Positions 29,474-39,955 of a stretch of 64,000 nucleotides of DNA are shown piece by piece. The notes beneath the pieces are model-generated. The model saw only the letters and a list, made by a program, of their open reading frames with translations, was not told where the DNA came from and did not search any database. The stretch is from Halochromatium sp. (GTDB taxonomy: Bacteria; Pseudomonadota; Gammaproteobacteria; Chromatiales; Chromatiaceae). A program made the translations under genes and the position numbers. The first letter of the stretch is position 1. Each line of letters begins with the position of its first letter. The stretch covers positions 7,778 to 71,777 of the forward strand of contig POWB01000024.1 in NCBI GenBank assembly GCA_010912705.1, read 5' to 3'.

Positions 29474-30880
29474 TCAGCGCCGCGCCAGTAGCAGCAGTTG
29501 GCCATCGCGGAAGACCTGTGCGCTGTAGAGTCCGCCGGCGGATTTGAGCGCTGCTGCTAGGTCGTCGAGCTGGGCAATGGCGCGGCGGTTGGCTTGGACG
29601 ATCAGGTCGCCTTCGCGCAACCCGTTCTGCCAGGCTGGACTGCCAGGGCGCAGCGGGCCAACGACGACGACGCGGGTCTTGGTGCGGTTGGTGCGCCGCA
29701 CGGCCTCGCCGATTAAGGCGCCCTCGAGTGCTGAGCTTAGGGTTTCGCCGTGGATGAAATCGGCATAGGGGTCGTCGATCTTGGCCTTGAGTCGGCGCGT
29801 TTTGCCGTCGCGCAGCAGCTCAAGCTCGATGCGGGTGCCCGGGGGGAGCAGGCCGACCCTTGAGCGGAGGTCGTTGGCACTGTTGATAGCACGTCCGTCG
29901 ACGGCGGTGATGACATCGCCAGGGCGTAGTCCAGCGCGTAATGCGGGCGAGTCTGGCTCCAATGATGCGACCACGGCGCCACGAAACAGATCGAGATCTA
30001 AGGCGCTGGCGATCTCTGGGGTCAGATCCTGCACCCCGGCACCGAACAGGCCGCGACGCACACTGCCATGCTCAAGGATCTGCTCAAGGACGATGCTCAC
30101 CATGTTGGTCGGGATCGCGAAGCCGATGCCGACATTGCCGCCACCGGGGGCAAGGATGGCAGTGTTGATGCCGACCAGCTCGCCGCGCAGGTTGACCAAG
30201 GGTCCGCCCGAGTTACCGGGGTTGATCGAGGCGTCGGTCTGGATGAAGCTCTCATAGCCCTCGATGCCGAGCCCAGTGCGCCCGAGCGCGCTGACGATGC
30301 CCGAGGTGACGGTATGTGCAAGCCCGAACGGGCTGCCGATGGCGACCACGAAGTCGCCGACCTGAAGCGCGTCGGAGTCGGCGAGCGGCACCGCGGTCAG
30401 GTCATCGGACTCGACGCGCAGCACGGCGATGTCGGTCTCCGGGTCTGACCCAACCAGCTCGGCCTCGAGCCGGCGGCCATCGTCGAAGGTGACGCGGATC
30501 GCATCGGCGGCGCGCACCACGTGATGATTGGTGAGGATGATCCCGCGTTTGGCGTCGATCACCACGCCTGAGCCGAGGCTCTGGCTCTCGCGATTGCGCT
30601 GATGGCCGGGGATGTCGAAGAAGCGGCGGAAGAAGGGATCGCGCAGCAGCGGATGCTCGGTGGCGGCGATCTCAGTGATGGTCGAGACGTTGACCACGCC
30701 AGGCACGGTTTCGGCGAGCATCGGCGCCAGCGAGGGCAGCGGCTCGCCATCGACGGCGGCGGGCAGCAGGGCCCAGGCGGGCATGTTCGCGTTCGTGAGT
30801 GAGCACGCGCTGAGCCAAACAGCAACGGCGACCGTCTTGCTGTGGTAACGGCTTCGCTTGAGTAATTGATTGATGTTCAT
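29474..30880 (-). CDS. degQ: DegQ/DegP (HtrA) serine endoprotease with PDZ domains
   Basis: GSGVVI, TNHHVV, DIAVL, IQTDASINPGNSGG; two PDZ-like regions. Confidence 0.9.
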   Translation of the reverse strand: MNINQLLKRSRYHSKTVAVAVWLSACSLTNANMPAWALLPAAVDGEPLPSLAPMLAETVPGVVNVSTITEIAATEHPLLRDPFFRRFFDIPGHQRNRESQSLGSGVVIDAKRGIILTNHHVVRAADAIRVTFDDGRRLEAELVGSDPETDIAVLRVESDDLTAVPLADSDALQVGDFVVAIGSPFGLAHTVTSGIVSALGRTGLGIEGYESFIQTDASINPGNSGGPLVNLRGELVGINTAILAPGGGNVGIGFAIPTNMVSIVLEQILEHGSVRRGLFGAGVQDLTPEIASALDLDLFRGAVVASLEPDSPALRAGLRPGDVITAVDGRAINSANDLRSRVGLLPPGTRIELELLRDGKTRRLKAKIDDPYADFIHGETLSSALEGALIGEAVRRTNRTKTRVVVVGPLRPGSPAWQNGLREGDLIVQANRRAIAQLDDLAAALKSAGGLYSAQVFRDGQLLLLARR

Positions 30881-30993
30881 CTGTTCGGTGTCGATGTTTG
30901 GAGAATGGCGCCAAGACAGAGTCTGCCCTGTGTCATTGCCATACCGAAGGTGTGGGTGTTTGATGTGAGTAAAAGTCTCTCCCAGGAAAGCCC

Positions 30994-33183
30994 ATGCCTC
31001 TCTTCACCCGTTTCCTCCGCATCGAGTGCCCGTCTCGGCTCGAGACCGCTGCTGATGGCACCTATCCAGCCTTCCAAGTCAGCATTGTCGCCGATGGCGA
31101 GATCCCGTTCCCACAGATCATCCTGCGCGCATCTGGCCGCGAGGTACTGATCAATGGCGAGGCGATCAATGGCGAGGCGATTGTCGGTGCTGAGGAGACA
31201 AGCGAGCCGGGCGCACTGGGCGGGGCGAGCGGATACTGGCGGTATCAGGCGACCCTGCCGGCTGGCAGCGCCTCAGGCGAGCGGCTCGATCTGCAGATTG
31301 AAGGCTGTCGGCGCGCCGATATTGGGCAGGCCGGCGGTGGCGATTGGATCAAGACCTTTGCCGAGGTCCGGCTTGAGCGGTCGGGCGTCCAGCCTGGGCC
31401 AGCCTCCCTAAGCGCCCGCGCGCAGATCCAGCCTGCCCAGCGCAACGGCGCCGAGGTCAAGATCTACTTTGGCATCCACAAGCACATGCACCAGCCCTAT
31501 TACGACACCACCAACCCGGACTATTGGGACGGTGAGAAGGATGAGATCTTCGGCTCGCGCGGTGGCAACTACACGGATTTCGTGCCGGCCGCGGTGCGTC
31601 AGTACCGCGACGGCGGTCTCGCGCATGCTGGCCTGTCGACCAGTTGGAGCGGCACCCTGATCGAACAGCTCGAGCGCTGTGCCGAGCTGGGCCGTTGCGG
31701 CGGGCGCTTCAGCGGCTGGAACGGTGCGTTGCGTGAGATGGCCAGCGCCAAGACCGCGCTTGGCAATCCGCGCCTTCTGTTCTCAGCGTTCGGCTTCTAT
31801 CACCCGCTGATGCCGCTGATCCCGCACCGCGACATCGTCCGCAATATCCAGCTCCACCGAGACCTGATCCAGCGCGTCTTCGGCGCCGAGGCCTCGCGCG
31901 TGCTGTTCCCGCCGGAGACCGCCTTTCATGTGCGCATGATCCCAGCACTCGTTGAGGCCGGCGTCGAGGCGGTGATCTATGACTCCATCCATCGCTTCCG
32001 CGCTTGCAAGGACTATCCCTATGCTGGGATCGAGGAAGGCATGCTGCCACCGAACCCGGCCGATCAAACCAATCCACCGGTCGACGATTGGCTGCAGCTG
32101 CACAACATCTGGGCGGCGTCGAAGATCAGCCCGAGCCTGCTGCGGCCCGAGTATGTCGGCTACGAAGACGCCGAGGGCAGGCTGCACAAGCTCATTGCCA
32201 TCCCCGCCGAGCGCTACATCGGCAATGAGGATGCGCGTGGTGGCTTCGGCGCGCTGCAATATCCTGACGTGCTTGGCCAGCTCTACCAGCAGATCCTCGA
32301 CACGGGCCGCTTCGACCCCAAGCATCCGCCGTTCTTCCTGCTGCATTCTGATGGCGATAACCACGGTGGCGGGGCCGACAGCTACTACCATCACAACACC
32401 TGCCAACTGGTCGACTGGCTCAAGCGCGACCCACGCTTCGAACTGACCACGGCCGAGGACTATCTGCAGCGCTTCCCACCGGACCCAACCCAGGTTGCCC
32501 ATCTCGAGCCTGGCTCCTGGGCCGGCGCCGACAATGGCGATCCGCAGTTCATGAAGTGGTTCAGCCGTTACGACCAGCCCTACTCGCCGGACCTGAACTC
32601 CTGGGCCGTGCTCACCGCGTTTCAGGATCGGGTGCATACGCTCGAGGACAGCGAGCCCGAGCATCCGGCGCTGGCCGAGGCAATACGCCTGCTGCTCACC
32701 GCCGAGACCAGCTGCTACTGGTATTGGACCGGGCAGACGGGTTGGGATCAGCAGGTCACCAATGCCGCCAATCTGGGCCTGAGCCGGATTGGCAAGGCAA
32801 TCGATGCCCTGGTCGCCGCGGGCCAAGATCGCCGTGGGCCAACGATCTTCCCAGCTTGGGTCACCCCCGAGAATCCGGGCGGCAAGCGCTGGGGGCAGGG
32901 CTGCCTGCTCGATGCTCCAGGTGAGGCTGTGTTACACAGCTTCGTTGCCGATTGCTCGGGACTGAAGCGGGTCGAGCTGGTGCTGCGCAGCGACGCCGGC
33001 GAGCAGCGCCTAAGCATGCAGGATCACGGCCCCTATCCGTCGCAGACCGGCGCGGCGTTGATCGCCAACTATCTGACCGCACAGCTACCGGTTGGCGCTG
33101 GTGATTGCCGCTACTTCATCGAAGCTGAAGACCAATGCGGCCATGTCACCCGCGGTAGTCTGGAGCGGATTTTCTTGGCTTGA
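30994..33183 (+). CDS. Glycoside hydrolase family 57 protein
   Basis: HKHMHQPYY, SWSGTLIEQL, YHPLMPLI, FPPETAF, HSDGDNHG, AETSCYWYW. Confidence 0.85.
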   Translation: MPLFTRFLRIECPSRLETAADGTYPAFQVSIVADGEIPFPQIILRASGREVLINGEAINGEAIVGAEETSEPGALGGASGYWRYQATLPAGSASGERLDLQIEGCRRADIGQAGGGDWIKTFAEVRLERSGVQPGPASLSARAQIQPAQRNGAEVKIYFGIHKHMHQPYYDTTNPDYWDGEKDEIFGSRGGNYTDFVPAAVRQYRDGGLAHAGLSTSWSGTLIEQLERCAELGRCGGRFSGWNGALREMASAKTALGNPRLLFSAFGFYHPLMPLIPHRDIVRNIQLHRDLIQRVFGAEASRVLFPPETAFHVRMIPALVEAGVEAVIYDSIHRFRACKDYPYAGIEEGMLPPNPADQTNPPVDDWLQLHNIWAASKISPSLLRPEYVGYEDAEGRLHKLIAIPAERYIGNEDARGGFGALQYPDVLGQLYQQILDTGRFDPKHPPFFLLHSDGDNHGGGADSYYHHNTCQLVDWLKRDPRFELTTAEDYLQRFPPDPTQVAHLEPGSWAGADNGDPQFMKWFSRYDQPYSPDLNSWAVLTAFQDRVHTLEDSEPEHPALAEAIRLLLTAETSCYWYWTGQTGWDQQVTNAANLGLSRIGKAIDALVAAGQDRRGPTIFPAWVTPENPGGKRWGQGCLLDAPGEAVLHSFVADCSGLKRVELVLRSDAGEQRLSMQDHGPYPSQTGAALIANYLTAQLPVGAGDCRYFIEAEDQCGHVTRGSLERIFLA

Positions 33184-33225
33184 TGACGCCAAGTGGTGTA
33201 TTACGCGTGCAATAAGCGCTCGTCT

Positions 33226-33597
33226 TCAGCCGTGCCCGTGCGCGACACTCTCTGCGCAGGGTGCAGCGCCAGGCAGCGTGCCACTCAGATAGGCCTGCAG
33301 CGCCTGATTCACTGTTCCGCTCGCGCCGGTTGCGGTCTGCACGCCGGCCTGCTGAAAGAACGCGATGGCGCGGCCGCCCATGCCGCCGCTGATCATCACC
33401 TCGGCACCCTGCTCCTGGATGAAGGTTGGGATCTGTCCCGGCTCGTGTGATTCGGCAAAGGGGTTGGTGATGACCTCAGCGGACTTGACCGCGCCGTTTT
33501 CGAGCTGGGCCAGCACGAAGTAGGGCGCATGTCCAAAATGCTGTGCGACTGGGCTTTCCAGTCCTTGATCGGTTTCAGCGGTAACGGCAATCTTCAT
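33226..33597 (-). CDS. NifB/NifX-family (FeMo-cofactor-binding domain) protein
   Basis: MKIAV...VAQHFGHAPYF...ISGGMGGRA...GTVNQAL; C-terminal C..S..HGH. Confidence 0.88.
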   Translation of the reverse strand: MKIAVTAETDQGLESPVAQHFGHAPYFVLAQLENGAVKSAEVITNPFAESHEPGQIPTFIQEQGAEVMISGGMGGRAIAFFQQAGVQTATGASGTVNQALQAYLSGTLPGAAPCAESVAHGHG

Positions 33598-33807
33598 CGG
33601 TGCTTAAGCTCCAAGGGGCAGTGTGATTGATGTGGTGTGTTGTTGATAGTTGCCGGCAGCGACTTAAAGCGACTTTAAGGGCTGTCCAGGGTCAGTAGTA
33701 TCGACGCATGCCCCAGTGCATGGCGCTGATGTTTCGCAGTTGGCTGGGAACATTTGCTCGATAACGCCGATGTGCTCGGGCTAGAAATGCTCTTTTTAGG
33801 GTTACAT

Positions 33808-34068
33808 CTAGTCGGGCTCCTGGAACTGATGCTCGGACATCAGGATCGCGATGTAGGGCGCATAGGTCAGCATTGCACCCTGCATGATGCCCATACCCTC
33901 AACGGTCACGAAGAGGCGGTTTAGCAACGCCCCATCTTCGGGGTTTTTCGTCAGCTCATGCATGATGTCGAGGACCGGAGCTAGTGCTTGAGCGTCGAGA
34001 TATTGCCTGAGCATCGCGATCGCCTCTTCCATCCTTGGCACATTAATAGCGCTATTCGATTCGAGCAT
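33808..34068 (-). CDS. Hypothetical protein
   Basis: 86-aa ORF with plausible RBS and helical sequence (QGAMLTYAPY). Confidence 0.6.
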   Translation of the reverse strand: MLESNSAINVPRMEEAIAMLRQYLDAQALAPVLDIMHELTKNPEDGALLNRLFVTVEGMGIMQGAMLTYAPYIAILMSEHQFQEPD

Positions 34069-34144
34069 GTTTATATACCTGAAAGGATTGGTTAAAGCCT
34101 GTTAAGGGATCTGCGCTTATCCGCTAAATTCGCGGTTTATAGGA

Positions 34145-35032
34145 TCATTGGTAATGGACGCCATCTCTGCGGTCTAATGCGTAGGCCTTCTCACCTGCAG
34201 CCATCCGCAGTTGTGCTTCGATGCGAATTGAATCCATGAGTGCTTTGTCCGCAATCTCAGGATAGAGCGGGTAGAAGCGGGCGACATCGAGCGCATTTGC
34301 TTTTGCTGCTACCTCCAGTCGCCGTCGCTCAACGGTCTCCAAGCCTTGCAGCATCAGCAATCTTGGAGCTTGACGATTGAGATAGCGCTGACAGAGTCCA
34401 TGAGATTCTTCATCGCCCCAATCTTCGCGCAGCAAGAAGGGCGGAAAGTGCTCGGACTCATCATCACCTCTCTTAAACCATTGTGCTTTCGGCTTTGAGC
34501 CTGAGCGTTCGGCGACACAGCGCTCGAGTCGGTAATTGACCGGTCCATAAGCGCGGCTGCGCTCTTCCTCACTGGTTTCAATCGGCAACACGGCAGCCGG
34601 GAGCGCAGTCCAGTCTGTCAGGTTCGGGAAGGAATCCATCTGTGCGGCTTCAATGCAGGAGAATATAAGCGCAAGCGGTGAATCATCTGCCGCGTCTAGT
34701 AGCCAGTATTCGTAATGATCGCGCGCGGGAAAGGGTAGGCGAGCCTCAAGAAGGAATCTCGCCAGCTCGAGTATGCGCTCGTCAACCGCTCCGTCTTCTG
34801 AGGTTGGATTAGCGAGCAACTGTTCTAGGTCGCACTGTCTGATCGTGGTCGCTCTGATGAAGCGCCCCCGACGTTGACCTGTGGCTGCTGCGCTACCGCG
34901 CCCGCTCGCAAAGATGAACTGAAACTCCCAGAGGTCGCCATCCATCGAAAGCGCTCGCGCTGTCTCGGATTCAGCGATCTGTACTTGCGCTGAATAGGGC
35001 TGCAAAACACGTTGTGAGTGGGCTTGAATCAT
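34145..35032 (-). CDS. Hypothetical protein
   Basis: 295-aa globular-looking ORF (LPFPARDHYEYWLLD...PLAL; APRLLMLQGL). Confidence 0.75.
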   Translation of the reverse strand: MIQAHSQRVLQPYSAQVQIAESETARALSMDGDLWEFQFIFASGRGSAAATGQRRGRFIRATTIRQCDLEQLLANPTSEDGAVDERILELARFLLEARLPFPARDHYEYWLLDAADDSPLALIFSCIEAAQMDSFPNLTDWTALPAAVLPIETSEEERSRAYGPVNYRLERCVAERSGSKPKAQWFKRGDDESEHFPPFLLREDWGDEESHGLCQRYLNRQAPRLLMLQGLETVERRRLEVAAKANALDVARFYPLYPEIADKALMDSIRIEAQLRMAAGEKAYALDRRDGVHYQ

Positions 35033-35311
35033 TGGCGATAGCCTCCGGGCTGAAGCGAATCCTCAGCATAACAGTTGACGCGCCTAACATCAGTTTGACG
35101 CACCTAACATCGGTGGCCGTGGCGCGCCCATGAACCCTGATACTAAGGCAACCGCGGTGAATTTTGTCGTACCTTACCCCGTCACTGGTCTCCATGCTGC
35201 AGCAGATTGCGCTCAACTTCCTGAGCTAACGCAATGTTTGAGCAATACACTGTGGCGCCGACAGCAATAGCTGTGGCTTGATATGGCGGCGAAGAAACAA
35301 CAAGATATCCA

Positions 35312-36280
35312 ATGGCGATAAAAATGCGACAACATCACCTCTTTGGCGGTTTGATCCTTGCAGCGCTCCTGAGTCAGCCCGCCGCGGCCTATGATCTACC
35401 GTCCCTCAACCTCGGCTTCACCAGCTTCCTTGATGGCGCGCCGCCCTCAGGCCCGGGCTGGTATGCACAGCAGTACCTGCAGTTCTACCGCTCGGCACGA
35501 CTCAAAGATGCCGACGGCGATAACGCCCTAATCCCGACCCCGCAAGGACTCCGTACTGCCGAGGTTGATGCCAATATCGGCCTGACTCAATTAATCTATC
35601 AATCCGACCAACCGCTGCTGCTCAATGGCAACTGGGGTCTGAATCTGATGCTCCCCTATGCCAGTCTAGACCTAGATCCGGATAATGGACCAATCCAAGC
35701 CAGCAGCGCCAATCTAGGCGATCTATTGGTAGGGCCTTACCTGCAGTGGGACCCAATCATGGGACCAAATGGACCGCGCTTCGTGCAACGAGTCGAGCTA
35801 CAGATGATCTTCCCGACCGGCGATTATGATGCCGACAAAGCAGTGAATCCAGGCAGCAATGTCTTTTCGTTCGATCCCTACTGGGCTGCCACCTTTTTCG
35901 CAACACCAAAATGGACCCTCTCTTGGCGCTTGCATTACCTCTGGAATGCCAAGAACAACGACCCCTTCCGTCTGCTCGGCGCGGATGATAGTCAAGCTGG
36001 GCAGGCCATTCACCTCAACTTTGCCACTGCCTACGAGGTCATCCCGCAGCGGCTGCGCCTCGGCCTCAACGGCTATTATCTGAAGGAGATCACCGATAAG
36101 CGTCTCAATGGCAAGCGCATCAGCGACAGCCAGGAGCAGGTGCTCGGTCTTGGTCCCGGTTTGGTCTATCACCTCTCCAAGCATGATCACATCTTCTTTA
36201 ACGCCTACTGGGAGACCGATGCCGAGAACCGACCTGAAGGCAGCCGCTTCAATCTGCGCTATGTGCATCATTTTCATTGA
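35312..36280 (+). CDS. SphA/phenol-MetA-degradation family outer-membrane beta-barrel
   Basis: Signal peptide; [10 protein letters not shown]; GDLLVGP; FPTGDYD; GLNGYY; aromatic C-terminus. Confidence 0.82.
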   Translation: MAIKMRQHHLFGGLILAALLSQPAAAYDLPSLNLGFTSFLDGAPPSGPGWYAQQYLQFYRSARLKDADGDNALIPTPQGLRTAEVDANIGLTQLIYQSDQPLLLNGNWGLNLMLPYASLDLDPDNGPIQASSANLGDLLVGPYLQWDPIMGPNGPRFVQRVELQMIFPTGDYDADKAVNPGSNVFSFDPYWAATFFATPKWTLSWRLHYLWNAKNNDPFRLLGADDSQAGQAIHLNFATAYEVIPQRLRLGLNGYYLKEITDKRLNGKRISDSQEQVLGLGPGLVYHLSKHDHIFFNAYWETDAENRPEGSRFNLRYVHHFH

Positions 36281-36328
36281 AGCCGTTAATAAAGGCTGTC
36301 TACCACCATTTCGCTCAGAGAGGCTGCG

Positions 36329-39300
36329 CTGAAAACGCTGCACTGGCCACTACGGGCGCTACGCAGGCTGCATAATCCGATCACGGCCTGGGTCATCCTA
36401 GCGCTCTCACTCGTCCTCACCACACTGGCCTGGCTCATTTCTGACCAGGCCATCCAGGCGAATGCCGAACAGCGTTTTCGCTTCCAGACCGAAGATATCG
36501 TCGCGGCGATCAATAAACGCCTGCTCACCTATGAAACTGCGCTGCGTGGTGGCATCGGGCTGTTCAATGCATCGGACGCTGTGACGCGACAGGAATGGCG
36601 CCAATACGTCTCCGATCTCCGGCTGCAGCAGAGCTTTCCTGGCATTCAGGGGCTCGGCTTCAGCCTCATGCTCAGGCCAGATCAGCGCGCGGCACATCAG
36701 GCGACGGTGCGTGCTGAAGGCTTCCCGAGCTACCAGATCCACCCCGAAGGCGACCGCGAGGCCTACAGCAGCATCCTCTATCTCGAGCCCTTCGACTGGC
36801 GCAATCAACGCGCCTTTGGCTACGACATGTTTTCCGAGCCGGTGCGGCGCGCGGCGATGGAGCGTGCGCGCGACTCCGGCGCGCCGGCGATCTCCGGCCG
36901 GGTCACCCTGGTGCAGGAGACTGACGAAGACGTGCAGTTCGGCTTTCTCATGTACATGCCGCTGTATCGCCCAGGCCGGCCAATCAGCACCGTTGCCGAG
37001 CGTCGCGCCGCATTAGTGGGATTTGTCTACAGTCCTTTCCGGGTCAAGGATTTTCTGCAGGGTATCCTCGGCGCCGATCAGGGCCAGCTCCACCTGCAGT
37101 TATTCGATGGGGTTACCCCCTCACCTGATCACCTGCTTTTCGATAACCGGCCTCAGCGACAGCCCGATCACCTGAGGGCAACCGATTCCGACCAGCTCAG
37201 CGTCTTAGTGCCCATGGCTGTCAATCAACACCGCTGGACACTCTCACTGAAGACACTCCCGGGTTTCCTGTCCGGTGCCGAGGTTGCACAGCCGGTGATC
37301 GTCGCCGTTGGTGGCGTTGTCATCGATGTCTTCCTATTCATCATCATCGCCTCGATCGGGCGTCAACAGCGCTGGACTGAGCGTCAGGCACAGCAGTTGC
37401 GCGCGCAGCTCGACGACAGCGAGGCCCGCTATGGCGCCCTGTTCAAAGGTGCCAAGGCCATTATGTTGCTGATCGATACCAGGAGCGGCACCATCCTCGA
37501 GGCGAATCCGGCCGCCCAGCGCTTTTATGGCTATGACCTGGTGCAGCTGCAACAGATGCATCTCTCCGTACTCAATCAGCTGCCCTCTGAGGAGATCGAG
37601 CGCAATATCCAAGCCGCACTGCACCAAGAGCAAGAGGCGTTTGTCGTCCCCCATCGACTTGCCAATGGCGAGATCCGCCAGGTCGAGGTCCACAGCGGAC
37701 CCGTCTGCTATGGTGGCAAGCCTGCGCTCTATTCCATCATCCTCGACGTCACCGAGCGTGAGCGTATCGCCACCGCCCTGCGCGCCAGCGAGCGCCGCTA
37801 TGCGGTCATCCTAGCGGTCACTGGCGAAGGGCTGTGGGATTGGAACATCGCTACTAACGAGGTCACCCATAATGAGCGCTGGAGTGAGATTCTTGGCATC
37901 CAGGATCTGGCCGCCGCACATCCGGTCGAGGCGTTCGTGCAGCGGCTGCATGAGGAGGATCGCGCTCAGGTGCAAGCGGCCATCCATGCGGCCCTTGCAG
38001 GCCGCGCGTCCTATCAACATGAGCATCGCATACGGCGGCAGGATGGCCGCGTCATCTGGGTCTTAGACCGTGGTGAGGTGGTTGAGCGTGACGCCGATGG
38101 CAGCCCACTGCGCATGTTCGGCAGCCTGATCGACATCACCGAGCGCGTCACTCAGGAGGCCGCGCTCAATGCCGAGCGAGAACGTCTACAAAATGTCATC
38201 GATGGCACCCAGGCCGGCACTTGGGAATGGAATGTCGAGACCGGTGAAACCCTGTTCAATGAGCGCTGGGCCGAAATGATTGGCTACCGCCTAGAGGAGC
38301 TGGCCCCGATCTCGATTAACACCTGGATTCAGGCCACCCACCCGGACGACCTGGAGCGTTCCAGGGGCCTGCTCGAGCAGCATCTCGCGGGCGAGATCCC
38401 CTATTACAGCTGCGAGCTGCGCATGCGCCACAAGACTGGGCATTGGGTGTGGGTGATGGATCACGGCAAGATCATGCGCTGGACCCCCGAGGGCAAGCCG
38501 CTGCTGATGACTGGCACCCATCAGGACATCACCACACGCAAGGAAGCTGAGGAGCGGCTGCGTGAGGCCGAGGCCCTGCTGCGCTCGGCGCTAGAGACCA
38601 TCCACGAGGCCTTCGTGATCTTCGACCCAGAGGATCGGCTGGTCTATTGCAACGAAGAGTATCGTGCCCTCTATCCGCTCTCAGCCACCTTCATCCAGCC
38701 CGGCCGCACCTTTGATGAGATCCTGCGTCATGCGGTCGCTGATGGGCAATACTTGGATCAGCGAGAGAGCAGACGCGCGCTTGAGGACGACTGTATTGCC
38801 GAGCAGTTGGCCGCACACCGTGGGGGTGATTGGGAAGTGCTGCGCAAACTCAGTGATGGCCGCTGGATGCAGATCCGCGAGCGGCGTACCCCAACCGGGC
38901 ATACCGTTGGCTTCTGCGTTGATGTGACCGAGCTCTATCAGGCCAAGGAGGCCGCCGACAACGCCAATCTCACCAAGAGCCGCTTTCTGGCCACCATGAG
39001 CCATGAGATCCGCACCCCAATGAACGCCATTCTCGGCATGGCGCAGCTGCTCACGCAATCGCAGCTCACCGAGCAGGACCGCAGGGACTCTGCAAGCACC
39101 ATCCTGGATGCGGGTCGGACCCTGCTGCAGCTCCTAAATGACATCCTCGACTTTTCCAAGGTCGAGGCCGGCAAGCTGCAGCTAGAACAGACGCCGTTCT
39201 CGCCCGCAGAGCTGCTGCGTGATGTCCAGGCGCTGTTTGTGGTGCAAGCACAGAATAAACAACTGCAGCTAGAGCAAGCTTGGCACGGTCCACCGCAGCA

Positions 39301-39952
39301 GGGCTATGAGATCGATGTGCATCGCGTGCGACAGATGTTGATGAACCTGGTCAGCAACGCGATCAAATTTACCCCTAAAGGCCAGATCCGGTTGGAGGCG
39401 ACCGAGCACTCGCGGGATCAGGACCGCGCCTGGCTTGAGTTCGCAGTTGAGGATACCGGTATCGGCATCGAGCCTGCACAGCAGGCACTCCTGTTCAAGC
39501 CCTTCTCACAGGCGGACAGCTCGACCACCAGACGCTATGGCGGCACCGGGCTCGGGCTTTCGATCATCGACAGCCTAGCCCGCTTAATGGGCGGCGAGGT
39601 CGGCCTGGAAAGCACCCCAGGGCAGGGCTCGCGTTTCTGGCTCCGGCTACCGGCGCGGCTGGTCGTGCTGCCGACATCAGAGCAGCCAGCTCCTATCTCG
39701 TCAGCAGCGGCCATCAGCCTAGCAGCGCCAGACCTCGCCCGTATTAACAAACTGATCAAAGCGCTGCAACCGCTGCTGGTGCAGCACAAGCTCGACGCCC
39801 TCGCCACCTTCGAGTCCTTGCGGGCCGAGGTCGCGGACACGCCGCTGGCGGCGGAGCTGAGCGAGATCAGCACGGCCTTAAACAATTTCCGATTTGATCA
39901 GGCACTGGAACAGTTGCACCATCTTGCTAAAGCCCATGACTGGGAGCTATGA
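36329..39952 (+). CDS. CHASE / multi-PAS sensor histidine kinase
   Basis: CHASE motifs ([22 protein letters not shown]), four PAS, H-box [37 protein letters not shown]. The frame with TM1 is open from 36293; likely CTG start at 36329. Confidence 0.88.
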   Translation: MKTLHWPLRALRRLHNPITAWVILALSLVLTTLAWLISDQAIQANAEQRFRFQTEDIVAAINKRLLTYETALRGGIGLFNASDAVTRQEWRQYVSDLRLQQSFPGIQGLGFSLMLRPDQRAAHQATVRAEGFPSYQIHPEGDREAYSSILYLEPFDWRNQRAFGYDMFSEPVRRAAMERARDSGAPAISGRVTLVQETDEDVQFGFLMYMPLYRPGRPISTVAERRAALVGFVYSPFRVKDFLQGILGADQGQLHLQLFDGVTPSPDHLLFDNRPQRQPDHLRATDSDQLSVLVPMAVNQHRWTLSLKTLPGFLSGAEVAQPVIVAVGGVVIDVFLFIIIASIGRQQRWTERQAQQLRAQLDDSEARYGALFKGAKAIMLLIDTRSGTILEANPAAQRFYGYDLVQLQQMHLSVLNQLPSEEIERNIQAALHQEQEAFVVPHRLANGEIRQVEVHSGPVCYGGKPALYSIILDVTERERIATALRASERRYAVILAVTGEGLWDWNIATNEVTHNERWSEILGIQDLAAAHPVEAFVQRLHEEDRAQVQAAIHAALAGRASYQHEHRIRRQDGRVIWVLDRGEVVERDADGSPLRMFGSLIDITERVTQEAALNAERERLQNVIDGTQAGTWEWNVETGETLFNERWAEMIGYRLEELAPISINTWIQATHPDDLERSRGLLEQHLAGEIPYYSCELRMRHKTGHWVWVMDHGKIMRWTPEGKPLLMTGTHQDITTRKEAEERLREAEALLRSALETIHEAFVIFDPEDRLVYCNEEYRALYPLSATFIQPGRTFDEILRHAVADGQYLDQRESRRALEDDCIAEQLAAHRGGDWEVLRKLSDGRWMQIRERRTPTGHTVGFCVDVTELYQAKEAADNANLTKSRFLATMSHEIRTPMNAILGMAQLLTQSQLTEQDRRDSASTILDAGRTLLQLLNDILDFSKVEAGKLQLEQTPFSPAELLRDVQALFVVQAQNKQLQLEQAWHGPPQQGYEIDVHRVRQMLMNLVSNAIKFTPKGQIRLEATEHSRDQDRAWLEFAVEDTGIGIEPAQQALLFKPFSQADSSTTRRYGGTGLGLSIIDSLARLMGGEVGLESTPGQGSRFWLRLPARLVVLPTSEQPAPISSAAAISLAAPDLARINKLIKALQPLLVQHKLDALATFESLRAEVADTPLAAELSEISTALNNFRFDQALEQLHHLAKAHDWEL

Positions 39953-39955
39953 CGC

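Noticed and set aside
31783-32826. Long antisense ORF (347 aa) and similar shadow ORFs elsewhere
   Set aside because: They lie opposite well-supported genes and have no recognisable motifs; expected in GC-rich DNA.
33226-33597. Evidence for a nitrogen fixation cluster
   Set aside because: A lone NifB/NifX-domain gene is widespread in non-diazotrophic contexts, and no nifHDK is present here.
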